Shown: positions 51,134 through 63,200 of the stretch, in pieces | Layout of the letters: each line of letters starts with the position of its first letter | How positions within the stretch are numbered: the first letter of the stretch is position 1 | Assembly: GCA_000165345.1 (NCBI GenBank) | Contig: CM000433.1 | Coordinates: 64,001-128,000, forward strand | DNA: 64,000 nucleotides | Direction of reading: 5' to 3' | The notes under the pieces: generated by a model | Database searches by the model: none | What the model was told of the DNA's origin: nothing | Seen by the model: only the letters and a program-made list of their open reading frames with translations | Program-made: the position numbers and the translations under genes

Positions 51134-51172
51134 ATGTATGTATGTATGTATGTATGTATATATATATATAGA
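51134..51172. repeat. (ATGT)6-(TA)7 compound microsatellite
   Basis: gtatgtatgtatgtatgtatgtatatatatatatag. Confidence 0.85.
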
Positions 51173-51515
51173 ACAATACAAAAAGTTACAAGCTCGAAGT
51201 AGTAGTCAATCTTTCCCTGTACTATTCTTTTTCTCCCTCTATTTTTCTTTTTTTTTCTTTTTATAATATAAATCATATGTTTCCTGTATACAATTCAAGT
51301 TTGAAATTAAGCGAAAACATTACATACAAGTAGAGACATTACAAATTTCCTCTCACAATAATTATTTCACTATTTCTATTGATTTGATTTTCTTCATTTC
51401 TTATATCTAAATAAGGGTATGTTGAGTTGTAATGTGGGAAATTTATATTATAAAATAATATTAATCCAAGTTAAGATTAATACTAATTATAATATTTTAA
51501 TTGAAAGTAATTTAT

Positions 51516-52034
51516 TTATCCATACAATGGAGAAACCATACTTTCTAATTTGCCCTTACTTTCATTGTATTTAGTGACAAATTGTTCAGGAATTGCAAGT
51601 TCTTTCCAGTCACCTTCTTCTTCTCCTGGAAAGAGTAAATTCATTTCACTTGATTTACTGCTGTAAACCTCAACATTCTTTCCTTCTTTGGATGTGTAGA
51701 TATTAACTTTATTTGATTTATCAAGAGAAATAGTTGGAACAATGCCTGTCATTTGTAATTTAATATCATCACAATTAACAATTTCTATGGAAGAAATTAC
51801 ACCATTTACTAGAAAGATACATCCAACACAATTTTCAATAAAAATACTGTTGACTTTTTGTTCAACAATAATTCTGCTATTTTGAGAGCATCTAACTGAA
51901 ACCTTGTTTTTAATACTTCCTTCTGATAATGTAATAGGATCAGCGCAATTTACATGATTTTCTACAAGATATGTATCCTTTTGTAATTCCACCTTTGGAC
52001 TACCATTTGTAACTACTTGTCTTGCTGCTTTCAT
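51516..52034 (-). CDS. Stand-alone CAP C-terminal (CARP / beta-helix) domain protein, homologous to the actin-binding C-terminal domain of cyclase-associated protein
   Basis: 172 aa from the ATG at 52034. KVELQKDTYLVENHVN...RIIVEQKVNSIFIENCVGCIFLVNGVISSIEIVNCDDIKLQMTGIVPTISLDKSNKVNIYTSKEGKNVEVYSSKSSEMNLLFPGEEEGDWKELAIPEQFVTKYN. It aligns along its whole length with the human CAP1 C-terminal domain (…WRVENQENVSNLVIEDTELKQ...[62 protein letters not shown]), from memory. No N-terminal helical, Pro-rich or WH2 portion lies within about 740 bp of AT-rich upstream DNA. GGT/GGC-rich codon usage. Confidence 0.7.
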   Translation of the reverse strand: MKAARQVVTNGSPKVELQKDTYLVENHVNCADPITLSEGSIKNKVSVRCSQNSRIIVEQKVNSIFIENCVGCIFLVNGVISSIEIVNCDDIKLQMTGIVPTISLDKSNKVNIYTSKEGKNVEVYSSKSSEMNLLFPGEEEGDWKELAIPEQFVTKYNESKGKLESMVSPLYG

Positions 52035-52707
52035 TTTCTTTTCTTTTTTCAAATAAATTTGCGATTTTCAAAATAACTATTTTAAAGTAATTCAATTTAC
52101 ATATAAATATAAGTATATATATTAGTTAATATAATAATTTAGAAAATTATTATTTACTAATAATTTAAGAAATAATGAAATTATATAATTATATAATTTT
52201 TTCAATTATAGGTTTTTTTTTGCATGCATTTAGATATTAAATATTTTATTCATTTAATACTTTATGAATATCCAAGTGGATTTTTTTTTTTTTTTTATAA
52301 ATAATTAATAATTTTTGGATATTCTTATAATCCCTAACTATTTTAATAATTGTTTTCTGGTTTTTTAAATTTCTATTAAGAAAATAAAACTTTACGTATA
52401 ATTTCAAAATTTGATAGATCTTTCACTTTAATTCAATCCAATTGCATGTAATTCGAATCTGAGATTTTAATACTTTCAAATTTTATCAGATTTGGGTTTT
52501 TCCCGCCAAAACAAAATGATATTAATTATATTAAAATAAGAGAAGAATAAGTAGAATTAGAAATTAGGAATAGAGGTTTAGGAATAGAGAGAAGAAAATA
52601 AAGAATAAAAAATGAGGATACATTTAAAAAAAATGAGAAATAAAATGTAAAAAGAGTTAATAAGATATTGATAATTATTTTAACAAAAAAATTGACATTA
52701 AAAAATA

Positions 52708-52727
52708 CATGTTACCGCCATACGTGT
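52708..52727. repeat. Right copy (inverted) of the 20-bp repeat: CATGTTACCGCCATACGTGT
   Basis: Reverse complement is ACACGTATGGCGGTAACATG. It lies 63 bp 3' of the RING gene stop and about 675 bp upstream of the CAP-C gene ATG. Confidence 0.7.
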
Positions 52728-52789
52728 ATTTATGAATTATATTAAATATGAAAGGGGGGGGGGAAATAGAGAACAAAAAAGAGTCAAAT

Positions 52790-53746
<957 letters not shown>

Positions 53747-54256
53747 TAAAATTTGTAAAATTACCGTATAGTTTACTATTTACCTTTATTATTATTAATT
53801 TAATCTTAAATAGTGTGTTTTTACTCCTTAAACACAAATATTTATATACATATATATTTATATATATATATATATATATAAATATATGTATATTGCTTTT
53901 ATTAATAATTTAATGTTAATTCATTTAATCCCAGAGATAACTAGTTATTTACTTTATCTTGTTAAAAATATGACCCAAAATATTTTTATAATATTACCAT
54001 GCAATTTATATTCACATATTTATCTTATATAAGCTAATCATTTATTAGAAAAGTATTGATAATATATAATAAATTATTACTTTTATATATGAACATAAAT
54101 TTCTATATCATATAGTATAGTATTCTATACAAATACAATAAACAATTTAATGAATAATTTTCATTCAATTTCATTACAAGTAATAATTCATAGTCTATTC
54201 TTCCATAAATCCTGTTAAAATTCAATTTTGAATTTATTGCACATTTACCGCCACTT

Positions 54257-54268
54257 TATGGCGCCACA
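54257..54268. promoter_or_regulatory. E2F-like TATGGCGCCACA flanked by CCACTT/AAGTGG inverted repeat and a TTTACCGCCAC element
   Basis: The sequence acatttaccgccactttatggcgccacattcaagtgg lies about 165 bp upstream of the small plus-strand gene at 54428 and about 515 bp upstream of the RING gene ATG. Confidence 0.35.
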
Positions 54269-54427
54269 TTCAAGTGGTATTTTTTTTTTAATTTTATTAT
54301 AATACTAATAGCATTGAGTTTAATCGTAATTTTTAACAATTATATGTTATTGAAATATATGTAAAAATAATAAAGCACACACTTGCATTTACTTAAAGTT
54401 AAATAATAACTGGTTAGATTCAGAAGA

Positions 54428-55034
<607 letters not shown>

Positions 55035-55047
55035 ATATTTCTTAAAC

Positions 55048-56133
55048 TTATAATATTTCAAACACAAAATTTGAAATTTCATTTTGTGCCTTTTTTATAT
55101 GTTTTGAATTAGTTAATAAATGATTTCCATTATTAATTTTCAAAAGTCTTAAATATCTGTTGTTTTTATTACTAAAATTATTATTTAAATTTAATAAATT
55201 TAATGACATTTGAAAAGGTACCGATTGATCATCAGTACCATGTATTAATAATATTGGATAATTAACCACTTTTTCTTTATTTTCTAATAGAAAATTATAT
55301 GTTGGAAATATATTATATGACTCCAAATAATCTCTTGAAATTAATTTTAAATCATCTTTTATTTTATTTATATGATTAATTTTAACAATTGGTATTTTTG
55401 TATTAATTTTTGTATATCCTAATTCGTTAAATTCATTTAATTGTTCATTATTAAAATCTAATATATAACTTTCTGGAATATTATCTACACATGCAATACA
55501 TATTATACCAATTAAATTATTATTTGAAATAAAGTATTCATTTTCACATTTTATATCTTTTCTTGTATAATTAGTTGAATAAGAAAAGGTTAAAAATGCA
55601 CCTGTACTTATACCAATCATTATTAATTTTGAATTTTTAAATAATATATTAGAAAAACATTCTACTATTGTTTCAATATCATACATATCTTTTGTTAACG
55701 TTTTGTCATAAAATTCACCTCTTTGAGATAATTTACCAATTCCATTAGTATTAAATGATACAAATAAAAATTTATCAATTTGACTTTTTTCCTTGAGCTT
55801 ATTTATATGGTTTTCACTTAAACATATATCCCTCATCTTTCCACAAAATCTAGATAACTTAATATTTTCATCGATTAAATCTTTAATAATTTCCAATTTA
55901 TAAGCTTCAGAATGACATAAATAATTATCTATTAGTTGAAATTCAATAGTATTCTCATTATTATTATAATCTATTGAGTAATCTGGAAATCCATGATTAT
56001 ATATATATATCAAGACTTGATCATTTTGTAAGTCCTTATTATCCTGAGTTAAATACTTTGTTAATGAGAAATTACTTTCAACATAAGTGAATATTCCATT
56101 AATTCTTAATAAATTTTTAAAATTTTGAGACAT
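55048..56133 (-). CDS. Alpha/beta-hydrolase fold serine hydrolase
   Basis: The true ATG is at 56133-56131 (MSQNFKNLLRING...); the ORF-track start at 56151 is an alternative TTG. GxSxG nucleophile elbow IMIGISTGAF. HG motif YIYNHGFPD. C-terminal LLIHGTDDQSVP (acid/His region typical of the fold). Confidence 0.6.
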   Translation of the reverse strand: MSQNFKNLLRINGIFTYVESNFSLTKYLTQDNKDLQNDQVLIYIYNHGFPDYSIDYNNNENTIEFQLIDNYLCHSEAYKLEIIKDLIDENIKLSRFCGKMRDICLSENHINKLKEKSQIDKFLFVSFNTNGIGKLSQRGEFYDKTLTKDMYDIETIVECFSNILFKNSKLIMIGISTGAFLTFSYSTNYTRKDIKCENEYFISNNNLIGIICIACVDNIPESYILDFNNEQLNEFNELGYTKINTKIPIVKINHINKIKDDLKLISRDYLESYNIFPTYNFLLENKEKVVNYPILLIHGTDDQSVPFQMSLNLLNLNNNFSNKNNRYLRLLKINNGNHLLTNSKHIKKAQNEISNFVFEIL

Positions 56134-56143
56134 ATCAAAATAT

Positions 56144-56821
56144 TTAATCAACTGAATTCAAGTCTATAGAATTTTCAATTTTCTCAAAAATTTTAAAAAC
56201 AGGAACTAACTTAATATCTTGACCAATTTTATTATTTTTATTATTATTGTTATTATTATTATCCAAATTAAATTTTGATTTATCTTTTTTTGCACTATTA
56301 ATAATAAAACTTAATTCACTTAAAGAACTTTCTGGAATATTTGGGTGATGATTTAAAAATCTTTCAACTTGTCTATATCTTTCTTCTCTAACTTGTTCAA
56401 TTAAATTACTAATTGCCTTTTTTTCTGATAGTAAATATTTATGTATTATATAATTTGAAGTACTTATAAAAAAATCCCCTAATTTCAATAATTTGTTTGA
56501 AATATCAAATTGGCTATATTCTAATCCCTGTAATGTTGTAACTTTATTATTCTTTTTTGATTGATTAATTTGACTATATTCTCTTCTTAATGCTGATAGT
56601 GATTCTCTATTAATATTCAAATTAATATCAAGTTCAATTAACTGAAAATAAAATGAATAGAATAAATATTTTATCATGTGAAATTATTTATTTCAAATTT
56701 TGATGTTATGGTTTTAAATATTTAACTCACCTGTTGATGTTGTTGTATTATTTTATCTGCTTCAAAAGTAAGTTTCTTTAAATCACTTATATATTTACTA
56801 TTATCGGAAAAGATCTCCATT
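56144..56821 (-). CDS. Two-exon gene for a small (about 195 aa) coiled-coil protein, unknown function; ends 12 nt upstream of the hydrolase ATG
   Basis: Exon 1 is 56732-56821 (MEIFSDNSKYISDLKKLTFEADKIIQQHQQ; GTGAGT donor at 56731-56726). Intron 56642-56731 (…TTTTCAG). Exon 2 is 56144-56641 (LIELDINLNINRESLSALRREYSQ...KIENSIDLNSVD*), in phase 0. It matches ORF-track entry 56144-56677 downstream of the acceptor. Confidence 0.5.
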
Positions 56822-56990
56822 ATAAGACTAAAGGAGATTATTTAAGTAAAGTTATAATAATATAATTAATATTATTAATTTATAAATTATTATAATTATT
56901 ATTTTTTTTTTGACTAGTTTTCTTGCATTTATTATAATAAATATATTATAAACTTTTAACTATTTAANAAAGAAAATGTTTGTGGGGACT

Positions 56991-57005
56991 TTAGGCGCCA
57001 ATTCG
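56991..57005. promoter_or_regulatory. GGCGCC-core E2F-like site TTAGGCGCCAATTCG in divergent promoter (coiled-coil/hydrolase gene vs Rpn13)
   Basis: Same TTAGGCGCC half as the 30109 palindrome core. It lies about 180 bp upstream of both the 56821 and 57183 ATGs. Confidence 0.3.
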
Positions 57006-57182
57006 TTTTTTTTATTAATTTTCAATAAAAAAACGAATATGAATAGAAAACTTATCGGATACAGATCAAATTAGAAATAAAAATAATCTACTATATCATC
57101 AATATTTTTACTTTAATTATTATCTAATTCTTTCCTATACTAAATCCTTTTAATTATTGAGAGAAACTAAAAAAAAAAAGAA

Positions 57183-57905
57183 ATGCAAGAATCAATACAC
57201 GTAATTAAAGAATATAAAGTGGGTAAAATGACGTGGGATGGTAAAATTGTGAAAGCATGTACTGATAAAGGAAAATTACAATTTATTAAAGAATTGGATG
57301 GAAATACACATAAAATCAGATGGTATAATATAGATAAAGAAATTAATGAAGATGAAATAATAGTAGAAAATGAAATTAATTTTGATATAATTAAGGAAAG
57401 TAAGAGTAATAATGTTTTTGTATTAAAAAAAAACTCCAAGCCATTAAGTATTTACTGGATACAAGATAGCAAGTTAATTTTGGATGATCTTATAAATGAT
57501 TTGAATACTCAGATAAAGTTAATAACTAATAATTTAAATGAAACTATAAGGAGTGTACTTGAACAAATGAACAATAATAATAATAATAAAAGAAGAATCT
57601 CACTATCGGAAATATTAACAAGTGAAATTATTAATGAGCTTAAGCAAGACCAAGATTTAATTGAAGAACTTAAAGAGCATATGCCTTCAAATCAAAGAAA
57701 TCTTCAAGATATTAACTCAGTGATTAATTGTCCACAAGTTAAATATACTATGAGATTATTGGACGAATCAATATATTCTGAACAAATATTTACACTCTCA
57801 ACTGCTCTTGGATTAGATATCAATTTTGATTCATTAATCAATAAAAATCCAATGCAAGTTTTTATTAATGCTCTAAATAAAAAATATAATCCAGAAGAAA
57901 AATAA
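57183..57905 (+). CDS. adrm1: Proteasomal ubiquitin receptor Rpn13/ADRM1 homolog (Pru domain + DEUBAD-like C-terminus)
   Basis: The N-terminal Pru domain VIKEYKVGKMTWDGKIVKACTDKGKLQFIKELDGNTHKIRWYNIDK...NVFVLKKNSKPLSIYWIQDSK parallels human ADRM1 [42 protein letters not shown]...[22 protein letters not shown], from memory. Helical C-terminal region. Confidence 0.75.
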   Translation: MQESIHVIKEYKVGKMTWDGKIVKACTDKGKLQFIKELDGNTHKIRWYNIDKEINEDEIIVENEINFDIIKESKSNNVFVLKKNSKPLSIYWIQDSKLILDDLINDLNTQIKLITNNLNETIRSVLEQMNNNNNNKRRISLSEILTSEIINELKQDQDLIEELKEHMPSNQRNLQDINSVINCPQVKYTMRLLDESIYSEQIFTLSTALGLDINFDSLINKNPMQVFINALNKKYNPEEK

Positions 57906-57907
57906 AC

Positions 57908-58975
57908 CTATTTAAAAGGCTTTATTTTATTCTTTATATAATATTCTCTCAGTAAATTTGGCCTATCTGACATTATTCCATCCAATTCTAACTCTTTACA
58001 TATATTCATTTCTTTCTCATTATTACATACCCAAGCAAAACACCTTATTCCTCTTTTTTGTAAATGCCTTATTAATAACTTCCTACTAAATAACCAAACT
58101 AGAATATTTGGTACCAACTCATCTTCAATATATTTTAATTGATATTTACTCAATTTAAAATATTTTGAAATCTTATCTGCAAACTTTCTTCCATATGTTG
58201 AAAAGAATATATAACTCATTGGAAAAGATAATACATGTTCTTCTATATGAATCCAAGGTAAAAATCCTGTAAAATATGCTAGTAAGATCTTTAATAATTT
58301 ATCTTTACCAATACATATTACTAATTCTGGTTCATTTTTATTCTTATTATACTCATTTAAATAATCAATATTCTCATTCGAAAATGAACATAACATTGTT
58401 TTATTCTCTCTTTTAAATCTTCTAACTAATCCAACTGTTTTAGATACTGCTAGTCTACTATCAGGATTTTTAACATCCACGGAAATTAGTGTATCAGGAT
58501 ATCTTTGAAATAACTCTTCTAATGTTATTAACTTTTGTGATGAAAACTTTTTTGGATAACATTTCCATTCATTACGGTTGAGAAAATCTGAAGATGGTGT
58601 TAATGATTCTGAATCTTTTGTCATTGGAAGATCTGCATAATTAAATTCTCCAACTAATTTGTCAATGTTACAAATATTTAATAAGTTCTCATCATGCAAT
58701 ACTACTAGTAAATTATCTTTTGTTAGCCAAACATCTATTTCCAACATATCTGTACTACAATTATTTATTGCATGGTCAAATGCTACAGTTGTGTTTTCTG
58801 GAACTTCTTCGGATCCTCCTCTATGTGAAATATGTAAACAGCCTTTACCTTTACCTAGAACGCTGTTAGAGGATTTAAGCTTTGAATTACTTCCGTTTAT
58901 TGCTCTTAATATTTTTGGAAAATGCAAAAGTAAGTAATTTACTATAAGAATGATTACGAAAAGCTCTAAAACCAT
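57908..58975 (-). CDS. Glycerophosphodiester phosphodiesterase (GDPD) domain membrane protein
   Basis: N-terminal TM helix. GDPD catalytic signature HISHRGGSEEVPENTTVAFDHAIN...LEIDVWLTKDNLLVVLHDENL (HRG...ENT...E.D..LTKDG..VV.HD consensus). Its stop codon lies only 2 nt from the Rpn13 stop (convergent). Confidence 0.75.
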   Translation of the reverse strand: MVLELFVIILIVNYLLLHFPKILRAINGSNSKLKSSNSVLGKGKGCLHISHRGGSEEVPENTTVAFDHAINNCSTDMLEIDVWLTKDNLLVVLHDENLLNICNIDKLVGEFNYADLPMTKDSESLTPSSDFLNRNEWKCYPKKFSSQKLITLEELFQRYPDTLISVDVKNPDSRLAVSKTVGLVRRFKRENKTMLCSFSNENIDYLNEYNKNKNEPELVICIGKDKLLKILLAYFTGFLPWIHIEEHVLSFPMSYIFFSTYGRKFADKISKYFKLSKYQLKYIEDELVPNILVWLFSRKLLIRHLQKRGIRCFAWVCNNEKEMNICKELELDGIMSDRPNLLREYYIKNKIKPFK

Positions 58976-59367
58976 CTTTATCGTTTTATTATTGTTATTT
59001 CTATTTTTTTTTTTTTTGGCCCTTTATTTCCAAATTCAAACAAAATTCCAACTTCTATTTAAAATAATGGGTTTTATTGTATATTATTTTAATTATGTAA
59101 TTTGAATCGTTTAATATTTAATTTATTATTATTACTTTTTTCACCCTCGCTTTTTTTTTTTTCCTCTGACCCGCAAATAAAAAAAAATAAATAATTTAGT
59201 TACCGTCCACTTTGTAAAAAATGACGTTTAAAATGCACAATTTATTTTGGCGGTAATGATGAAATACAATAAATTATATTAAGAATTAGATATTATTTAT
59301 TAAATAAGTAGGGAGAAAGAATTACTTTGAAAGTATCTTAGAATCTCTATAATAAATAAATCACGAG

Positions 59368-60108
59368 ATGGAGTTTGAAATATCTTCAGAAAACATTAAT
59401 GATCATGTAAAGTGTCAAATAAAGAAGAAAACTAATGATAATAGGAAAAATAGAAATTTCAAAAGCAATCAAGATTATTTAAATAATATTGGGCTTGGAC
59501 CAACGCTTATCATTGATTGTGACTATGATGATAAACTTTCGGATCGAAATCTCAAAAGTTTGGTTGTACAACTTAGTATATCTTATTCTTGTATAAGAAA
59601 ATCTAAAATTCCTTTAAAAATGATTATATGTGGTGTTTCTCAAAGACTTAAACAAGGATTATATAAAACATTGGCAGAATCATGGCTTGGAGTTGAAATA
59701 TTAAGTGATAAAGTTAATAAAGTAGTTTCTGATAGATATTCTGATAAAAATTCAAACTATGAGATAATTTATTTATCAGCAGATTCAAATAATGTATTAA
59801 CTTCTAAGCAAGACCAAGATGAATATGGGAATTCATCAAATCAAGGATTTAACAACAAGCAAATATTTATTATAGGTGGAATAATTGACAGAAACAAATA
59901 TAAAAATATTAGTAAACTTAGAGCTGAGGAGTTTAATATTAAAACTGCCAAACTACCAATTATAGAATCTGGAATAACTTTATGCTCAAATCAAGTGCTT
60001 ACAGTTAATCATGTAATTGAATGTATTGTTAAATATAATGAGACTTGTAACTGGTATACAACTTTTGATTCAATTCTACCAAAAAGAAAAAAAGACAATA
60101 CTAATTAA
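59368..60108 (+). CDS. trm10: tRNA (guanine/adenine-9-N1)-methyltransferase Trm10/TRMT10 (SPOUT class)
   Basis: LIIDCDYDDKLSDRNLKSLVVQLSISYSCIRKS...EIIYLSADSNNVLTSKQDQD...IFIIGGIIDRNKYKNISKLRAEEFNIKTAKLPI...QVLTVNHVIECIV. It matches the Trm10 SPOUT-domain blocks (IDCSF...YLTADS...YIIGGLVDHN...LTVNQVFEIL), from memory. Confidence 0.75.
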   Translation: MEFEISSENINDHVKCQIKKKTNDNRKNRNFKSNQDYLNNIGLGPTLIIDCDYDDKLSDRNLKSLVVQLSISYSCIRKSKIPLKMIICGVSQRLKQGLYKTLAESWLGVEILSDKVNKVVSDRYSDKNSNYEIIYLSADSNNVLTSKQDQDEYGNSSNQGFNNKQIFIIGGIIDRNKYKNISKLRAEEFNIKTAKLPIIESGITLCSNQVLTVNHVIECIVKYNETCNWYTTFDSILPKRKKDNTN

Positions 60109-60200
60109 TTATTATATTTTTAATGCATCTTGTACATATTGTGGTATAGATCTCAAATTCTAAAATTTAATTTAAGTTAATATAAATTTATAAAATTAAT

Positions 60201-63200
60201 TCAATGAAAAATATAATATTTTACTAAACTTACCGTTTTTTTAATAATATCCATACAATCAACTCTTAAATCAGAATTTGTTTCAATTAATTCATTGAAT
60301 ATTCCTTGAAATTCTATTTGGGGAAGTAAAATTAAACTTGGAAATATTGAAGCTTTATAATCACACCAAAGTTTTTGAATACAATGCTTTACTCCTCTCC
60401 AAGTTAAAGTATCCTCCCATACTTTGTAGTTTCTTATCAAAGAAGAAATAACAAATGATGAAATAAATGAACGAACTGTTGGTAAGTACATTACTGATAA
60501 TACAAGAGTCCTTCCAAGTGTTCTTGGGAATACTGATTTTTCATCTTGAACAATTTTACCAATTACTGATGCAATAATTTCTGAATCAAATATTGGTGGA
60601 TTACTCTGCGTTAATTCAAAGCAACAGTCTATTATATCCACAGTCTTTTTCTTATCAACATAATTTACATCAGGATAACTGTATGATATTAATAATAATA
60701 ATAAATCAGAGGATGAAATAACTTTATCTTTTAGGGCAAATGGATTTGTAACAATATTCTTGATACATTCTTTAATCATTGATTTATCTGATTTACTAAT
60801 TATTACAGGTAGTAGTTCTTTAATCTTTTGTAAATCATAGTAACCAATTATTGGTATTATTATGTTAATATTTTGTGTATCTTTAAATATATTATATACT
60901 TTTAAGCAAAGTTCCAAATTACTGAAATTAATATTTCCAAGTATTTGAATAATAAAATCAAATAAATAATTATATTTTATATGATCGCTTGAATATATAT
61001 CCAATATTCTTAAATATTCTTTTATTAAAATATCCAAATTACCTTTTTCACTTGAATAATGATGTTTAAATAGTAAAATAATTTCCACAAATAGATTATT
61101 AAACAAATCTTTAATTTTATTTAATAATGTAAGTATGTTATAATCATTATTATGATTATTATCACTGCTGTTGATTTGCTGATTTTTATTTATTTCATCA
61201 ACAATTCTTGAATATAATTTAAACAAATAATTTATCAAACATGGATATCGTAGACAATAGTATTTAAATATTAAACAAGAACGAGAAAATAAATCTTCAA
61301 CATAACTTAAATATATTTTTTCAATATTTTGGCTATTATTTTCAATATTCTCTAAATTCATTGTTTCCATTAAAGTATCACTACCTTGATTTTGATCTAT
61401 TACCATGCTTTGAATCCTTTCATTAACATTTGACTTGTTAAATTCATCTTCAAAATCTTTATCTTGTTCATTATCAAAATCTTGTTTAACTCCTACCTTA
61501 AAGTGATTATAAATGTGTTTATTTAAATCGTATGTTTTCTTATATTTTGGCATAAGCTCATTTTTAATCATTTCTTGAATATTTTTTGCCGCTATTATAA
61601 GAAATTTGTTTGTATTAAACAAATCAGTAATTATTTCATCGTTATTATCACAACTTATTTCATCCGAAACTATAATAGAAACAAGAACAAGTGATAATAC
61701 GATAATCCAAATTTCACCATAAATTTCTGCATCATTCCAATTATTCATTTCCTCATTCAAATAGGTCTTTAAATGAGTAACTTCATTATTATAAAAATCG
61801 TTTTTCACTTCATTGATATTGCAGTATAACACTGAAATTAAATTCTCTACAAAGGTATTTCGTAGATTATTTACTTGATTCAACTGAATGTTTATCTTCT
61901 TATTGCTTTGAATATTTTTGACAGTAAATAATTCTTTAGTAAACTCAAAGAAATTAATATTGCGATTCAAGTTTATGCTTTCCCCACAATTGTCAATATT
62001 TGACGACTCTATATGCATAGGTTCCACATTTTCTAAAAATAAACAAATATTATCCAAGAAATTTAAATTGCTTGAATCTGAATTATAGCTTAAAAATGCT
62101 ACAATCAACACAAAATATGAAACCTTTCTTATATTATCAATAGGATAATTTGAATTTAATAATTCATAAAATATATTTAATGCATATTCTCTCTTTACTA
62201 ATAACATGCTATCATCTGTTTGGGCGGCAACCTCATGATTTAATGTGGATAATTGCATGCAATAATTATTAGAAAATAGCCATTGATTGAATAATAATCT
62301 CAGAAAATTTGTAGGTATTTTTGGCGTATTCATAATAAGTCTTTTGAGTTGAGAGAGAAAAATATTACTCTTAGTATTATAATCAGAAATACACTTGGTG
62401 AAGTTATTAAAACAAAATATGAATAATTTATTATAATCAAAAAATATTTGATTTTCATTTTCTTCATTAATTACATCATTATTCATATCATTTTCGTTAA
62501 TAATCCACTGAAATACCTTCTCAAAAATTAATTCCTCTTGATTTGCCTTTGAATCATAATGGTAAAATCTAAAGAATAAATTGTGTAATACTTTAATTCT
62601 TTGTTCTAAAACAAAATTATAAATCCATAGAATGAATACTATATTAATATTTCTTAAATTATTTGAAGTATTTAATGCCTCATTATTATTAATTGAATTT
62701 TCGTTCATACATTGAATATTGTGTAAATTTAATTCATTATAATAAAGTATATTATCCAAATAAACAAAGTAATCCTCATTAATTTCATTAGTATATTCCT
62801 CATCATTAATATTTGTTATAAGTAGAATGTTTGTTAATAGTTCTTTTGTTTCGCTTAAAAGTGTTTTTACCAAAATCTCAATAAATACTTGCTCCATTTT
62901 TAAGTCACTTTTATTATTTAAAATAATTCTTTCTTTGTTTAAGATTAATCTTATTAAGAGTCTATATTTATAGAATAAAATTTCAAAAGCAGTGGTAATT
63001 CTTTCTACAAGTAAATTCCATGCCATATTAACACCTTCACCATAAGTTTCAATACTGCTAGTAATAATATCTTTATCTTCTGATTCACTAATTCTCTTCA
63101 ATAATAATTCCCAAGATGTTAAAATCAACTGTCCATGTTTTAGTACATTCATTAACTGATTATTATTTAATAATGTTCTTGAAACTTTATATAATCCATC

